A stretch of DNA of 64,000 bases from Terriglobia bacterium (lineage in GTDB: Bacteria; Acidobacteriota; Terriglobia; 2-12-FULL-54-10): contig CAXVYR010000004.1 of assembly GCA_963666975.2 (NCBI GenBank), forward strand, positions 1,984,001-2,048,000, given 5' to 3'. The notes below the pieces were generated by a model. It made no database searches. It had not been told where the DNA came from and saw nothing but the letters and a program-made list of their open reading frames with translations. Position 1 is the first letter of the stretch, and each line of letters opens with the position of its first letter. A program made the translations under genes and the position numbers. Positions 39,806-51,794 of this stretch are shown here, piece after piece.

Positions 39806-42800
39806 TTGTAGAGGTTTCGACTCACATAACCAATCATCAGTACCATGAGGGCTACGTGCGCAGCGAATGGGAGATTCCTGTAAAGGACAATAGTTTCTAG
39901 GGACCAACCGGGATGGTCACAGAATTGCTTTGCATGCCTCCGATGGTAAGGACAACGGGAATGTTGGATGCCGTGCGCGTGTTTACCGGAATTCGAAGAT
40001 TAATCTGATTCAGCCCCACAAAACCAGGAGCTGCACCGGAGAACAGCACCTCGGCAGGAATCCCATCAATCGTGACCATAGCGACTGAGACAGTTTGGTT
40101 TCCCGCAGATGCCTCTCCCGTCGCCAGCGGCGGGGTAACAGCTCCTAACCCCGTGCCGAAGAAGACGATCACCTCACCGGGTTGAGCCGGACTCAGTTCC
40201 GCCAGGGGCGTTACGCCGTCTTCGTGGAGGGCTGCGGCCAGGCCGGTGCCCTGCTGGTTCACGGTAAAGATGCCGGGCGCGAAGGGGGCCAGGATGAGGG
40301 TGCTCGACAGGCTGGTCTGTCCCGCGACGGTCACTTGAATCTCAGCCGAAGTCTGCCCAGTCAGCTCGAAGGGAATCTGAATGCCAAGCTGGCCCGGCGT
40401 GGAATAGAACATCGGGGCTGGAATGTTGTTGACACTCACACTAGTGCCTCCCAAGCTGGTTAGCAGCTTGCCGTCCGCACCAAAGTTGGAGAACAGCACC
40501 GTAGAACCGTCATTCTGATTGCTCCCAAAGACAGCAACAATAGATCCCGGCGCAACCGGCGCAGGGCTGGGAGCGAAACTGGCGTTGTTCACAACCCCGC
40601 CGTCAAACACTGCCGGCGTAGCACCACCCCCGGGGGGAGGATTGGATGTCCCATTCGTCGTCAGCGTCAATTGCACACTGGATGAGGTCGCGTCGCCGTA
40701 AACGAAGGCATCACTCGTAATCGAACCGGCGTCCAGATCCGCCTCTAGGATGGTGTACTGCCCCGTGCAACTGAAGGGCACACTGGGGAGGAGTGGACCG
40801 GTACCACCACAGGCTTCGATGGTGCCCGCCAGGTCATCCAGCACGGTGAAGGGAGCATCCAGTGAGGCATCTGATGTGTTCTGGATGAGGTAGCGGTAGG
40901 TGATCACGTCGCCGACCACCGTGAATCCCTGCGGTGTTGCCTCGCGTGTCAGAAGCAGGACGCGGTTGCCCACGTTGACGGTGGAATGTACACTCGCGGA
41001 GGCCGCGCTGCCACTCTGGACTACGGTATCTCTCTGAATAACGCCACGCTTCAGATCATCTATGTCGACCTTGTGTGCGATCTGGCAAGTGGCCTGGTAT
41101 TCCGCCGGCAGTTCGAAGTCGCCGCAAACGATTTTGACGATCTCGCCATTGCGATCCTCAACCAGCGTGAACGGACCGATCAGGGTGCTGGCGCTTGTAT
41201 TGCTCGTCGTGTATGTATAGGTAATCTCGTCGCCCAAACGGTTGAAAATGGTCGGCGTGACATCGGTGGTCAGCACGAGTTCACTGTTTACGGCGGGTAC
41301 GATGACTCCAACGGTGGCCGAGGACGCACCATCAGTCTGGGCCCTGCCGATCCAGGGAGGAGCCGATCCGCCCTCCACGTCGTTTTGACGGACCACATAC
41401 GTACTGCTGCAGGTGGTACTCTTTCCCACCTGCAGCGGACCGTTGCCGCACGGAGTAATCGGATCGGTCAATTCTTCAATTCGTACCGTGAAGGGGCCGG
41501 GAAGCGGCACGTTGCCTTCGTTGATGATCGTGTAGGTGTAGGTGATTACTTCGCCGGCGGTGCTGAAACTCAAGGGACTCATCGTAATGCCGAAACCGAG
41601 CCCCTTTTGCGCCAGGTCCAGCCGGAGCCGTGCTACGGGCGACAAAATGGAAGTTCCGCCGTCGAGTACCCAGGCTTCGCCGTTGATCGACTGAAAGTCG
41701 ACATCCTGTGCCGTGGTGGTGTAGGGATACATGCAGCTGGTTGTGGCTCCCTGAGCCAGCGGTCCGGTGCCACATGTGGCAATGCTGCCAAAACTCGTAT
41801 CGGTGATCGAGAAGGGGCCCGCCAGAGGGACCTCCCCGACATTCACGATGGTGAAGGTGTACAGAATGATTTCACCGGCGCCGCCGAAGATGAGCGACGG
41901 TGCTTCTTTGAGCAGGCGGACCCTCTCGGGCGAGTCGTAGGTAACGGAAGCCGAGGCCAGTTGCGACACGATCGTGCCGTATTGGGCATAGGCATCACTG
42001 GAAAGAGTGCGCGCTGCCACGTCTGCTGCCGTGACGGCAAAGCTGCGAGTACAGGTGGCGGTCCCTCCCGGCTGTAGCGGAGTCGTGCCACAAGGGCTGA
42101 TCAGGCCCAGGCGCGTATCGAGCACGCTCAACGGCTCACTCAAGGTTTCGTTACTGATGTTCGTGATCGTGTATGTCAACTGGACGATTTCGTCCGGGTT
42201 GCGGAAGCTGTCCGGCGTGGCGGTCATGCTCAGCGTAATGCCGGGAGGCGTACTGAAAGACCAGTCGGGTCCGGGCGTGGTGGTCTCCCCGTCGCTGGAT
42301 TCGACACTCCAGAAGTAGGTGCTGCTGTAGTCGAGGACGCCGGGAAGGTCACAACTCGGCGTGGTCACATCGTCACACACTGTGGCATAGGATGGATCGC
42401 TGGCCTTCTTTAGAAAGACGTCGTAGGTGACGCTGTCGCCGGCGTCGGGATCGCCGCCGTTCCAGGCGAGCACGGTGGTAACCGGCACACGTGTGCCGCC
42501 GGAGATGGGACCGGGACTTGACGGTACGTTCGGCGCCATATTGCCGGGCACCGTAGTGAACGTCCACAGCGGCCCTTTGGTTCTCTTGCTGCCGTCCTTA
42601 GCCTCAACGAACCACGTATAGGTCGTCGCATTCAGCAGACGGCCCAGGATGGGGCCATTAATTCCCGGGATACATACCGTCTCCGCGATGTTTCTGCAGA
42701 GCTCGACAGGACTTGCTGGACTGGGGGGTATCAGTCAGACGCCATAGGTGACATCGTCTCCGTCCGGATCGCCACCGCCGGTCCAGCTGAAGCCGGTCGT

Positions 42801-43549
42801 GATTGAAACACCCACTAACCCATCGGCAGGGGAAGGGGCCGTCGAGATACCGGGAGGTTGATTCGTGTCGGGCATGCTGTAGTGGAAACTGACGATGCAG
42901 GCCGTGGTCGTGCCAATGCAGTCGCCGGTTCCCGGCGACAATGCCGTCGCCACCAGGGGGCATTGGATTTGCACCTGGCCGGTATTGGAGACCGAAGCCG
43001 TTCCCCCACCACGTCGGCAATCCTGGCGCAGGTTCGTTGTCGAGAAGAGTCCTGGTCCGGGGTCCTCGCTGTCCGAACCCCGACTTGTCGTTTCGAATTT
43101 CAAATCATAGGACAGGGTTATTCGGGTTCTGGGGATTCGGGCTCTCATAATGAGCAGTGAAACTAGAAATCGCTCCCGGAATGTCACCTGCATTATGTGA
43201 GTTTACGCTCAGCAGACGTTCCGGACCACCTGTCGCTGTACCGATTTCATAGGAATTAATGGACAAAAATTGCGCTGTGTTACCTACCGTAAGTGTATAT
43301 GGCTCCCAGATTTCGGGACTGAGACTGGGCCAGGGCGTTGTGCTGCCCCGGTAGTGCCTTATCCCACCGCTCCCCGCCGCATAAAAACCCCAGAGCCCGT
43401 TCGTCGTTTTGGATAACCCGACACCACTGATACTGTCGTGACGGCTAAAGCCGAGTTCGGACGCGGTGATCTTGCCGAGATATACGGGTTGTTCCGGGTT
43501 GCGGATGTCGTAGAAAACTGCGGCGCCCTCGTCTTGACCTTCGTATTTG

Positions 43550-44998
43550 GAGGGTGTCCCATACATAGTTGAAGGTTGAACGGCGGTTCGGCCCGAATCG
43601 AATAGAATCGGGCCAAGCCTAAATCCTATAGAAGGAGAACCGCCGAATGAAGGGAAAATATCACGTTTTGGAACTGGGTTCCAAGGGAGCCGAAGAAACC
43701 ATCCAGAAGTTTTGCCAAACCAACGGACAGATGCTGTTGCCGGTGGTGGATCTGATCACGGAGGCGCGTCTGGCGGTGGATGAGGTGATTGATCGGGCCG
43801 GGCGAGGTTTGATTGAAACGATTCTGAGCATGAGCGCAGAGCAAATCGCGGGGCCAAAGAGTCCCGGGAAGGCGAGCGGAGAGGTGCGCTGGCATGGCCG
43901 GCAATTGGGGAGGGTGAAACTGGCCGATCGCCAGCTGCGGGTGGAGCGGCCCCGGCTGCGCCGGAAGGGCGGAGGGGAAGAAGCGGTGCCGGCCTACGAA
44001 GCGCTGCGGAAAAGCGAGAAGACGGGCGAGGAGATGTTCGAGGCACTGTTGAAAGGGGTTTCGACGCGGAACTACCGCGAGGTGATCCCGGAGATGGCCA
44101 ACAGCGCTGGGGTGTCGAAGTCTCAGGTGAGCCGGGAAGCGGCCGAGCAAGGAGCGCGGCGGCTGGAAGAACTGTTGGCGCGGCGCTGGGAGGAGGTCGA
44201 GATTCTGGTGATTTACCTGGACGGAATGCGGTTCGGCTCCCACCACGTCATCAGCGCCGTGGGCGTGGACAGCGAGGGCCGCAAGCATGTGCTGGGGATT
44301 CAACTGGGCGCGACCGAAAACGCCGCTGCGGTGAAAGACCTTCTCACCCGCCTGCGCCAGCAAGGTTTGCGCACGGATCAGCGCTATCTGTTTGTGATCG
44401 ACGGCGCCAAAGCGCTCCGCGCGGGGATCGAGGAAGTATTCGGCAGCAATCAGCTGGTGCAGCGTTGCCGTACTCATAAGCTGCGCAACGTGGCTGAGCG
44501 GTTACCAAAGGGCGACAAAATGCTGGCGAATCAGGTGCGGTCGCTGATGCGCGCCGCCTGGCGATTGCCCCAAGCCGAGGAAGGCATCGTGCGCATAAAA
44601 AAGCTCGCTGGGATGATCGAGTGCGATCATCCGGCAGCAGCCGCCAGCTTGCGCGAAGGGTTGGAGGAGACCTTTACGATCAATCGAGCCGACGTTCCTC
44701 CCAGCCTCCACCGCTGCCTGGCAACCACGAACCTCATCGAGAGCCCGCAGTCGGGCGTGCGGAAAAAGACTGGCAATGTTTGCCGCTGGCGCGACGGCGA
44801 GATGACGTTGCGCTGGGTGGCAGGAGCGTTTCTGCTGACCGAGAAGAATTTCCGGAAGATCATGGGTTATCACGATCTCTGGGCTTTGGCATCGATTCTC
44901 GGCCGAAGTCCAAACGCTGCTTCCTCTCACAAGGAGAAAGTGGCGTAATATGAACTCAACCCGCCGTCCCAACCTGCAACTGAGTTTGGGACACCTTC
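43550..44998 (+). mobile_element. IS256-family insertion sequence, intact
   Basis: IRs GAGGGTGTCCC... / ...GGGACACCTTC. 8-bp TSD CGTATTTG at 43542-43549 and 44999-45006. Confidence 0.95.
43647..44948 (+). CDS. IS256-family transposase
   Basis: GVSTR, YLDG, IDGAKAL, QRCRTHKLRN and TTNLIES. Confidence 0.95.
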   Translation: MKGKYHVLELGSKGAEETIQKFCQTNGQMLLPVVDLITEARLAVDEVIDRAGRGLIETILSMSAEQIAGPKSPGKASGEVRWHGRQLGRVKLADRQLRVERPRLRRKGGGEEAVPAYEALRKSEKTGEEMFEALLKGVSTRNYREVIPEMANSAGVSKSQVSREAAEQGARRLEELLARRWEEVEILVIYLDGMRFGSHHVISAVGVDSEGRKHVLGIQLGATENAAAVKDLLTRLRQQGLRTDQRYLFVIDGAKALRAGIEEVFGSNQLVQRCRTHKLRNVAERLPKGDKMLANQVRSLMRAAWRLPQAEEGIVRIKKLAGMIECDHPAAAASLREGLEETFTINRADVPPSLHRCLATTNLIESPQSGVRKKTGNVCRWRDGEMTLRWVAGAFLLTEKNFRKIMGYHDLWALASILGRSPNAASSHKEKVA

Positions 44999-47398
44999 CG
45001 TATTTGTCTAAGGGATAGTCTGCGTCCAGGGCCAATACGGCACCAAGACCTCCGGCGGCAGCGCCCGCAGTGGCACCCCCAATCCCCCCCACGACAACCC
45101 CGATCGGCCCCAAAAGAGCCCCACCAATAAGCCCACCAACTACCCCCCCAACCACACCACCTCCGGCACTGGCTCCATACCTTGCGGCGTCGGAAGCGGT
45201 GGTCGAGGCGTACTCACCACATGTGAGCCACGTGGGAAAACCTGCCACTATAGTGTCGCCATGCCACTGTTGAGCGGCAATCAGGAGAAGATCGCCCATG
45301 ACCCTTATGTCGCCGGGGTGGTTCCAGTCGCCAATGGGGCTGTTCCCATCAAAAGCGTCCATGTAGACGACCTCGCCATCAGTGCCCGGCGTATCGTTTA
45401 CGCCGTCGTTGACGGAATCATAGGCATCGGCATCGGTGCGTACGATATAGAAGGAGCCCCCCCTTCGAAACGAATCCGTGAGCGCAAAGTAGGCGCGGCC
45501 GTTCTTGCTTGGCAATGGAACGATAGACTGTGTATGCCAATATCGCTCAAATTCCTCAGGAACAATGTCGAGCCCAAAGGGTTCGCATATGCCATATTTC
45601 CCAACCGGATAACCGTTTGTCCGCCACGTCAGCGTCTGTTCTATGCGTGTGGCGTCCCAATCGCCAAAGCTGCGGGCGATGGGATTTCGACCGGGCCAGT
45701 TGGCGTACTCGGGCCGCTTGTAGCCTACTGTTTTGAAGGTGGCGCCACCAATAAACTCGGATCCGAATACGTTGAAAAGATAGTCTCCCCTCGCCCCGCT
45801 CAGCGTATGGGTCCAGGTGGAGTTGACGCCGTGGTACTCCAACGCCCCGTCAGTATTGTCGAACCAGAACTGCTGGAAGTCGGTGCTATCGGAAGCAAAT
45901 TCCCGGGACGAACGGAGGGAAAACCAGCCTTGTAAACCGCTGCAGGCTTCACTCCGCCTGAAATAGTAGACAGCGGTCTCCCCAGGTGGTACGTCCCAGG
46001 GGATCCCAAAGGGAATGCCGCCGTTGCGGGTAATGCAGCTCGATCGCAGATGGCCGTAATTGCTTTCATCGTCAGGTGCCGCCGTCAGATAGATATAGCC
46101 AGCGGTTGCGTTCCGGACCGTCATTCTGTAACCGTATCGTGCCCAGTCATGACCAATGTCGGTTGCCGTCAGCACATCGAGAAAATAGACCCCCCCACCG
46201 CCGCGAGAAAGCTGATTCTGGTAGGTGGAATTGAGTCCATGCTTCTCCAGGCCGCCATCATTACTGAACCAGAACATCTGATAGTCGATGCCGGTGGTAC
46301 CGGGCTTATTCGACGCTCGCAGCGAGAGCCAGCCCTGCAAACCAGAACAACTGCTGCTACGGCTAAAAGTCAGCGTATAGCTTTGGCCAACAGGGATGGT
46401 GGCTTCCGTGCCCAAATGACTCGAGCTAATGCAGCTCGATTGTGCATACTGTTGGTCCCATGGTGCGGTCCATAGGTAAAGCGTGGCGCCGGTCGAATTG
46501 GTAACAACCATGCGATAGAGGTAGTCCGCATGGGCAGGCGGTGTGCTGATCAGGACAAGCAGCGCTGCAGTCAGGATGGCGACAGCAAAGCGTCGGTGGA
46601 TTTTGCGGCTACTCCGTGACTTGGCGCGGCGCAGGATATCCACTAGGGTAGGGTGTAGTTTCATTTCAGTTGGCAACTATAAAACCTCATGGCACGCCAG
46701 CAATGGCAAGATCAGAGACTGTTCCGGTAATTGTGCGGGGGGCGCTATGCCTAAACGCGGAAGAACGAAATATCAAGACACTTGCCAGCAAACGTGCACG
46801 CATTCGGTTACCCGAATGTACATTTCCATTAAACCAGAATTAGTTTTTTGGCCCGCCGAGCAGTCAATATCATACACTCAATTGCGGTGATGACAAATTG
46901 CGTGTGTAAATAAAAAGGTGGAGGGTGCGATTTTTCCATTGAGGGTTCATCCGTTTAAAGATCGAGAACACGATTCGATCCACGCTCTGGTCATGGACAA
47001 AGCAAAACATGGGTCGGGTGCGGCGCCGGACCTCCACGAAACAGCCCAAAACTCACCCTGAAATTGGTATAAAAATCCGGGGCCCCTCAACCCTCATATG
47101 GACTAACATAGAAAGGAGACCAAAAACCGCGGGCAGGTTACCGGAAACCTGCGAGGCCAACAGGAGACAATAAATTCCTTGCTATGACTGTGGGGACTTT
47201 TGTGGGGACCCCGCGTGCATTTTGGCGAATTTCAGTACATCTTGGATCATCTCCCCACAAGAGGATAACTAACTGACCTGGAAGGGGTTGCAGTGTAACT
47301 GTCATCCGTCCAACGACTTGCAAAATTGGGTTGTTTTCGACTCCTAAACCGCGTGTCGGGGGTTCGAGTCCCTCCAGGCCTACCAGTTCTTTTCTTCA

Positions 47399-47630
47399 TT
47401 TAGAGCATCTGCCGAAGAAGGAGCAAAACGCGCTGCTGCGCTGGCTGGACGAACGCGAGCAGGCGGCTTGGGATGCGGAAGTTGAGCAAGCCTTCTCTCC
47501 TGGCGGACGTGGGATGCCGGTACTGGAGAAGGTTAAAGCCGACATCCGCGAGGGCAAGTTTAAGCCGATAGAGAAAGGCTGCCAGGCTCGCCAGGCGACC
47601 TTGCCTCCCCACCACACCTCCGAACTGTTC
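47399..47630 (+). pseudogene. decayed antitoxin (5'-truncated) with a possible toxin start
   Basis: LEHLPKKEQNALLRWLDEREQAAWDAEVEQ..., followed by TTG-PPHHTSELF. Confidence 0.45.
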
Positions 47631-47897
47631 CTATACGTTCTCCCTGCAGATGTAGGTTTGAAGTTTTTCGGTTCCTTTGGAATGCTCGGAAGAATTTTCT
47701 AGTTTAGGTTCCTACAATTAATCATACTGGCGGGGGAAAGAAGGCGCCTGAGGAGAACTACGCCCGCTACGGAGGCAAGCAAGGCGAAAAAGATAAGTTT
47801 TTGCGAAACGAAGCCAAAAGGTCCTTTGTTTTCAATAGGAGTTGCCGCAGAAGCCAAGAAACTGATCTAGAGCATCCAGTTAATGTAGCGGCGGAAT

Positions 47898-47991
47898 GTA
47901 GCGCCGCCATCCTCTCGACTGGCTCCCTTCGGCTTCTCCCTCGGCTTCGCTCGGGACATGGCTCAGGGCTGGCGGGGCAGGCTCTGGCGGC
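47898..47991. repeat. GTAG REP-like hairpin with nested micro-repeats
   Basis: GTAGCGCCGCCA...TGGCGGC encloses CCTCTCGACT / CCCTTCGGCT / CCCTCGGCTTCGCTCGGGACA / GCTCAGGGC units. Confidence 0.65.
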
Positions 47992-48186
47992 TCAATGGGC
48001 CAGCGAGGCGTGAAACTCGGCGGGACAGGAGGCTGGGATTTTTTCCAACAGGGGCGGGGGACCGGGGCCGGAAGGAGCGGGGAAAAGACACAAACCTCCC
48101 CTTTGTCGCGCGGCCTGTTTCTAGTTCGTCACTGCGGTTCTTGGCGAGGTCGCCCGCTCAGCACGCGCGGTGTTTCGGGAGCCGGT

Positions 48187-48468
48187 TCAAGGGGTCATCG
48201 TGAGCCCACGATAGGCCCAAATCGCCGCGATAATCAACAGCAGGCCTCCCGAACCCAAAGCGAAGCCTTTGATCACCCGATCCAAACGGTTGATCCGTTG
48301 CACCACCTCGATCTGCTCCTGTTTTCAAGCAGCCTCAGCGCGGTCCAAGAAAACCTGATTGTCTTCGCGAAAACCGAGAATGGAACGATGGATGAAAAGC
48401 CCGAGCAGAACAACCGTCAGGGCGATCCAGATCACCAGCAGTATCATCAGCAGAGAGAGACCCAACAT
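48187..48468 (-). pseudogene. small two-TM membrane protein with an in-frame TGA (48325-48327)
   Basis: AGGAGG RBS. MLGLSLLMILL...REDNQVFLDRAEAA*KQEQIEVV...WAYRGLTMTP. Confidence 0.7.
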
Positions 48469-48618
48469 GCCACCTCCTGATGCGGCAACTCGAAACTCCC
48501 TACGGGTGCTATTCTACTCCTGCCGGAGGGGCCAAGCTGGTTGTTCGGCAAAAAATCGAATCTTTTTCTGCCGGGTCTGTTTTAATGCACCTCTGTAAGT
48601 TACAGACTGCCATTTACC

Positions 48619-49632
48619 ATGCTGCGCAGATTGTTTCATTTTTGGGAAAGGCGGCTGGCGTCACGCGATACAAACCGCAGGCCGCTGCCCTTTGAGTTGG
48701 GCGTGGAATGGGTGCCGGAATGGGGCACCGGCGGAGACGGCGACAATCCCGCCGCCTATCTTCGCGCGGAACTGCAACGGGCGCTCGACCACAGCGACCA
48801 ATTTTTCAGCTATTCCCCTGTGAAAGATTTCACCCTGACGGATCATCTGCTGCGGTTCCCCAGTCCTGTCGCTTCAGCCTATGAATCCAATAACGTGGTG
48901 CAGGCGCGGTATTTTCCGGCGGATTCAAAGGGCCGGGCGGTAGTGGTCCTGCCGCAATGGAACGCCGACCGGCAAGGGCACATGAATCTTTGCCGGATGC
49001 TGAACTTTTTCGGGCTCACCGCGCTTCGTCTGAGCATGCCCTATCATGACGACCGAACGACTCCCGGCCGGGAGCGCGCCGATTACATGGTGAGCAGCAA
49101 CGTGGGCCGGACGGTTCACGCCTGCCGTCAGGCTGTCGTCGAGGGACGCGCAGCCATCGACTGGCTGCAATCGCAAGGCTACCACCGCTTTGGAATCCTG
49201 GGCACCAGCCTGGGCTCTTGCATTGCTTTAATTACGACTGCCCATGAACCCCGCATCTCGGCCCAGGCCCTCAATCACATCTCCACTTATTTCGCCGATG
49301 TGGTTTGGCGCGGAATCTCCACCGCTTATGTGCAGAAAAGCATGGAGGGCAACATTACGCTGGAAGAATTAAGGGACTACTGGCGGGTCATCAGCCCGGC
49401 AAGCTACCTGGGCCGCTTGCAGGGAACCGCCGTCCAGACGCTGCTGATTCATGCGCGGTATGATCTGACGTTCCCCACCGACCTGTCGGAGCAAACCATC
49501 GAGCTTTTCAGAAAACTGGGGCTCCCGCACAAGAGGCTATGTCTCCCGTGCGGGCATTACACAACCGGAGTGGGTATCTTCAAATGGCTCGACGGCCTCG
49601 CCATGTGCCGTTTCCTGCGCGACTCGCTTTGA
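48619..49632 (+). CDS. alpha/beta hydrolase
   Basis: GTSLG nucleophile elbow, YDLTF and PCGHY. Confidence 0.88.
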   Translation: MLRRLFHFWERRLASRDTNRRPLPFELGVEWVPEWGTGGDGDNPAAYLRAELQRALDHSDQFFSYSPVKDFTLTDHLLRFPSPVASAYESNNVVQARYFPADSKGRAVVVLPQWNADRQGHMNLCRMLNFFGLTALRLSMPYHDDRTTPGRERADYMVSSNVGRTVHACRQAVVEGRAAIDWLQSQGYHRFGILGTSLGSCIALITTAHEPRISAQALNHISTYFADVVWRGISTAYVQKSMEGNITLEELRDYWRVISPASYLGRLQGTAVQTLLIHARYDLTFPTDLSEQTIELFRKLGLPHKRLCLPCGHYTTGVGIFKWLDGLAMCRFLRDSL

Positions 49633-49674
49633 GGCGCGCATCCCATCTCCGGTTGTTGCCGCCGGGAGGGTTGC

Positions 49675-50181
49675 TTATTCCTCGCCGGCGACAGGCGTAG
49701 CGCCTTTTAACTCGACGGTGTACCGTACGGCCCCCACCGGATACAACCCATCATTGATCTCGCTGATGGTGCGTTGGTCTCCGGGATCAAGCTGCTCGGC
49801 GATAATGCCTTCGCTGTTTTGATAGATCAACGTTTCGTTGGAATCGTAATAGTTGGTTTCGTACTGGATATCTTTGTAACCGTGCTGCCTGGACCGATTG
49901 GCCAGTTGGATGGTCCACATGGCCATGGTTTGGGTGCGGTCGCGATCCAAAGAAAATCGCTGGATCACCAGGTCCCGCATCGGGTCCGGCGGACCTTCGT
50001 CCTCCACAGGCGCGGAGGAAGTCGCCATGCCGGCCTGGCCTTCTCCCGGAGTTCCTGCAGGCTCCCCCCCCTGCATGAACAGGAAATAAAAACCTACCAT
50101 CAGCACCCCGACAACCGCAACGGCTCCCCCTATGATCTTGCTAGAACCGGAACCGGATTCTTGTTGGGAAGTCTCAAACAT
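49675..50181 (-). CDS. membrane-anchored hypothetical protein (FxLYD-like Ig fold)
   Basis: N-terminal TM segment and NYYDSN motif. GGAGGG RBS. Confidence 0.7.
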   Translation of the reverse strand: MFETSQQESGSGSSKIIGGAVAVVGVLMVGFYFLFMQGGEPAGTPGEGQAGMATSSAPVEDEGPPDPMRDLVIQRFSLDRDRTQTMAMWTIQLANRSRQHGYKDIQYETNYYDSNETLIYQNSEGIIAEQLDPGDQRTISEINDGLYPVGAVRYTVELKGATPVAGEE

Positions 50182-50692
50182 ATACCCTCCCTGCCAGGGA
50201 ATCTCCCCTGGCCGCAAACAGAGTTTCTACAAAAAAACGGTGCAATCTTGCCCCTGCCACCAGGGGAAAGATTCTACAACGAAACAACTGCGCTGAAAAG
50301 AAAAATGGACGCGGCCCGGCTGCCGAATCCGGCCCTGGGAGACAAGGCCATCTCCGCGCCTTCATCTCCCCTCCCTGTCTCAGAGCTTATCGGAGACTGC
50401 CTTCGCCTGGGCAAACAACAACAGCTAACCGTCGGCTGAATCAAGTGGCCGTCACACGGCGATACACCATCCCTAAAATACCATAGATGGGTGCGGAGGT
50501 GCTGATTCTAGCACGATTGGAGCCTGATCAGAATCAAGAAAACGGTAGCCGACAGGGTTCAATACCGGGAACGGGCACGAAATCCCCCCCGGCCAATCGC
50601 AACCGGCAAAGAAAAACGAATTCACGAAGGGGGTAATTTGAATTGCGGCGGGATGTAGATGTAGAAGGGCGCTTCCGGCGGCGTTTTTCCGC

Positions 50693-51652
50693 TTACTTCG
50701 GTTGCGGGACCGAAGGTTCGGGCTGGGATTCTTCTGGCGGGACTTCATCCCCGTAGGTCACCGTGATGGTGCTGCGGAATTGCTTGTAATCTTCATACCG
50801 CACAATCATGCGAATCCGCTGAGGGCCGCTGCTGAAATACAGGGTGTCATCCGCGCCGGTCCATGTGGGAAACCAGTATTTGCCGTCGATCTGTTCGCGG
50901 TAGGTCTCAAACCGGGGAAAGAGGTTCTCCTGGCCTTTCTTGCGGATATCCGGAACCGCCTTCCCGTAGGTTTTGACGATTTGCAGATCGCGGTCGTCCA
51001 CCCAGATCTGTCCCTGGAAATACCGCTCGCCCTTTTCCATTCTCTTGGGAACCACCATAAAGACATAGGTGCTCAGCTCATCGACTTTCTGGCGGCCCAT
51101 ATACTTGACGTCGTACTTGTGCAGGTCGTCGGTGGTCAGCACGAAGGGCTGCACGCTGCGCAGGTCCCGCTCATCCTCCGGGCTGATACTGATGGCGCGC
51201 AGAGTGGAGAGCGGGGCGTAAGCCACCTTCTCAAACCGTTTTCCGTCCTGGGTAAACATGATGTCTTCCTCGACGTGGAAGGTCCCCCTGACCTCGCCAT
51301 CCGGGGAAAGCTCCTGCACCTTTACAATTTGGCGGTAGGTATAGTTTTCGCGGGCAGTCTGGAATTCCTTTTCCTTCGCCGCAAAACGCCGGATAATCGC
51401 CTGGACATCGGGAGCATCGGCCTTGGATGAAGCCCCGCTGGCCGCACCGGGCCCGGTGGATTCAGGCGCCGGGGGCATTCCTTCCTGCTGTGCGCCCGCC
51501 TCCAAAAGCATAGTGGATGAAGATATGGAAGCTATGGATACCAGCCAACCGCAGAAAAGCAATCTCGCCGCTCCCTGCCGCAATAGCCCTAAAATGCGTT
51601 GTGCTGCCAAAGCTGTCTCCTCCCGCTTCTGTCCGGTCTGTTCATTCTCCAT
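50693..51652 (-). CDS. conserved exported hypothetical protein (lipoprotein-sorting-like beta fold)
   Basis: RYFQGQIWVDDRDLQIVK and FETYREQIDGKYWFP. Start is uncertain. Confidence 0.75.
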   Translation of the reverse strand: MENEQTGQKREETALAAQRILGLLRQGAARLLFCGWLVSIASISSSTMLLEAGAQQEGMPPAPESTGPGAASGASSKADAPDVQAIIRRFAAKEKEFQTARENYTYRQIVKVQELSPDGEVRGTFHVEEDIMFTQDGKRFEKVAYAPLSTLRAISISPEDERDLRSVQPFVLTTDDLHKYDVKYMGRQKVDELSTYVFMVVPKRMEKGERYFQGQIWVDDRDLQIVKTYGKAVPDIRKKGQENLFPRFETYREQIDGKYWFPTWTGADDTLYFSSGPQRIRMIVRYEDYKQFRSTITVTYGDEVPPEESQPEPSVPQPK

Positions 51653-51794
51653 CGAAACAGGCCCGCCGATCAACCCCTGGAAACTTGTCCCTCGACCCGC
51701 CTGGCCCGGAGAAGATTTCTTCACCGCTTGATAGGATGCGGTTACCCAGCAATTCGTTGGATTTTATTTTGCAGGTTCAGGCGCCGCCGGCCCT

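Larger units (their letters stand above)
39897..46676 (-). pseudogene. giant exported multidomain protein (two N-terminal Cys repeats, glycine zipper, two Fn3/Ig-like repeats, four DUF11/DUF7507-like repeats, TIGR03437-like C-terminus), disrupted
   Basis: The frame rejoins (DYPLDKY|EGQDEGAAVF) when the IS256 and one TSD are removed. Frameshift near 43120 and in-frame TGA at 42735-42737. Ends VVNNASF...APGFVGLNQIN. Confidence 0.85.
36347..47385. mobile_element. integrative element in tRNA-Arg (~11 kb)
   Basis: 44-bp direct repeat at 36347-36390 and 47342-47385. Integrase is adjacent to attL. An identical 26-bp arm-type repeat sits at 36439-36464 and 47187-47212. Confidence 0.93.

Noticed and set aside
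20188-48327. Genome-wide TGA reassignment suggested by three in-frame TGAs (20188, 42735, 48325)
   Set aside because: Many intact genes here end in TGA, some with ATGA overlaps. 42735 lies in a gene already broken twice, and 48325 is in a helical linker with no Cys-like context.
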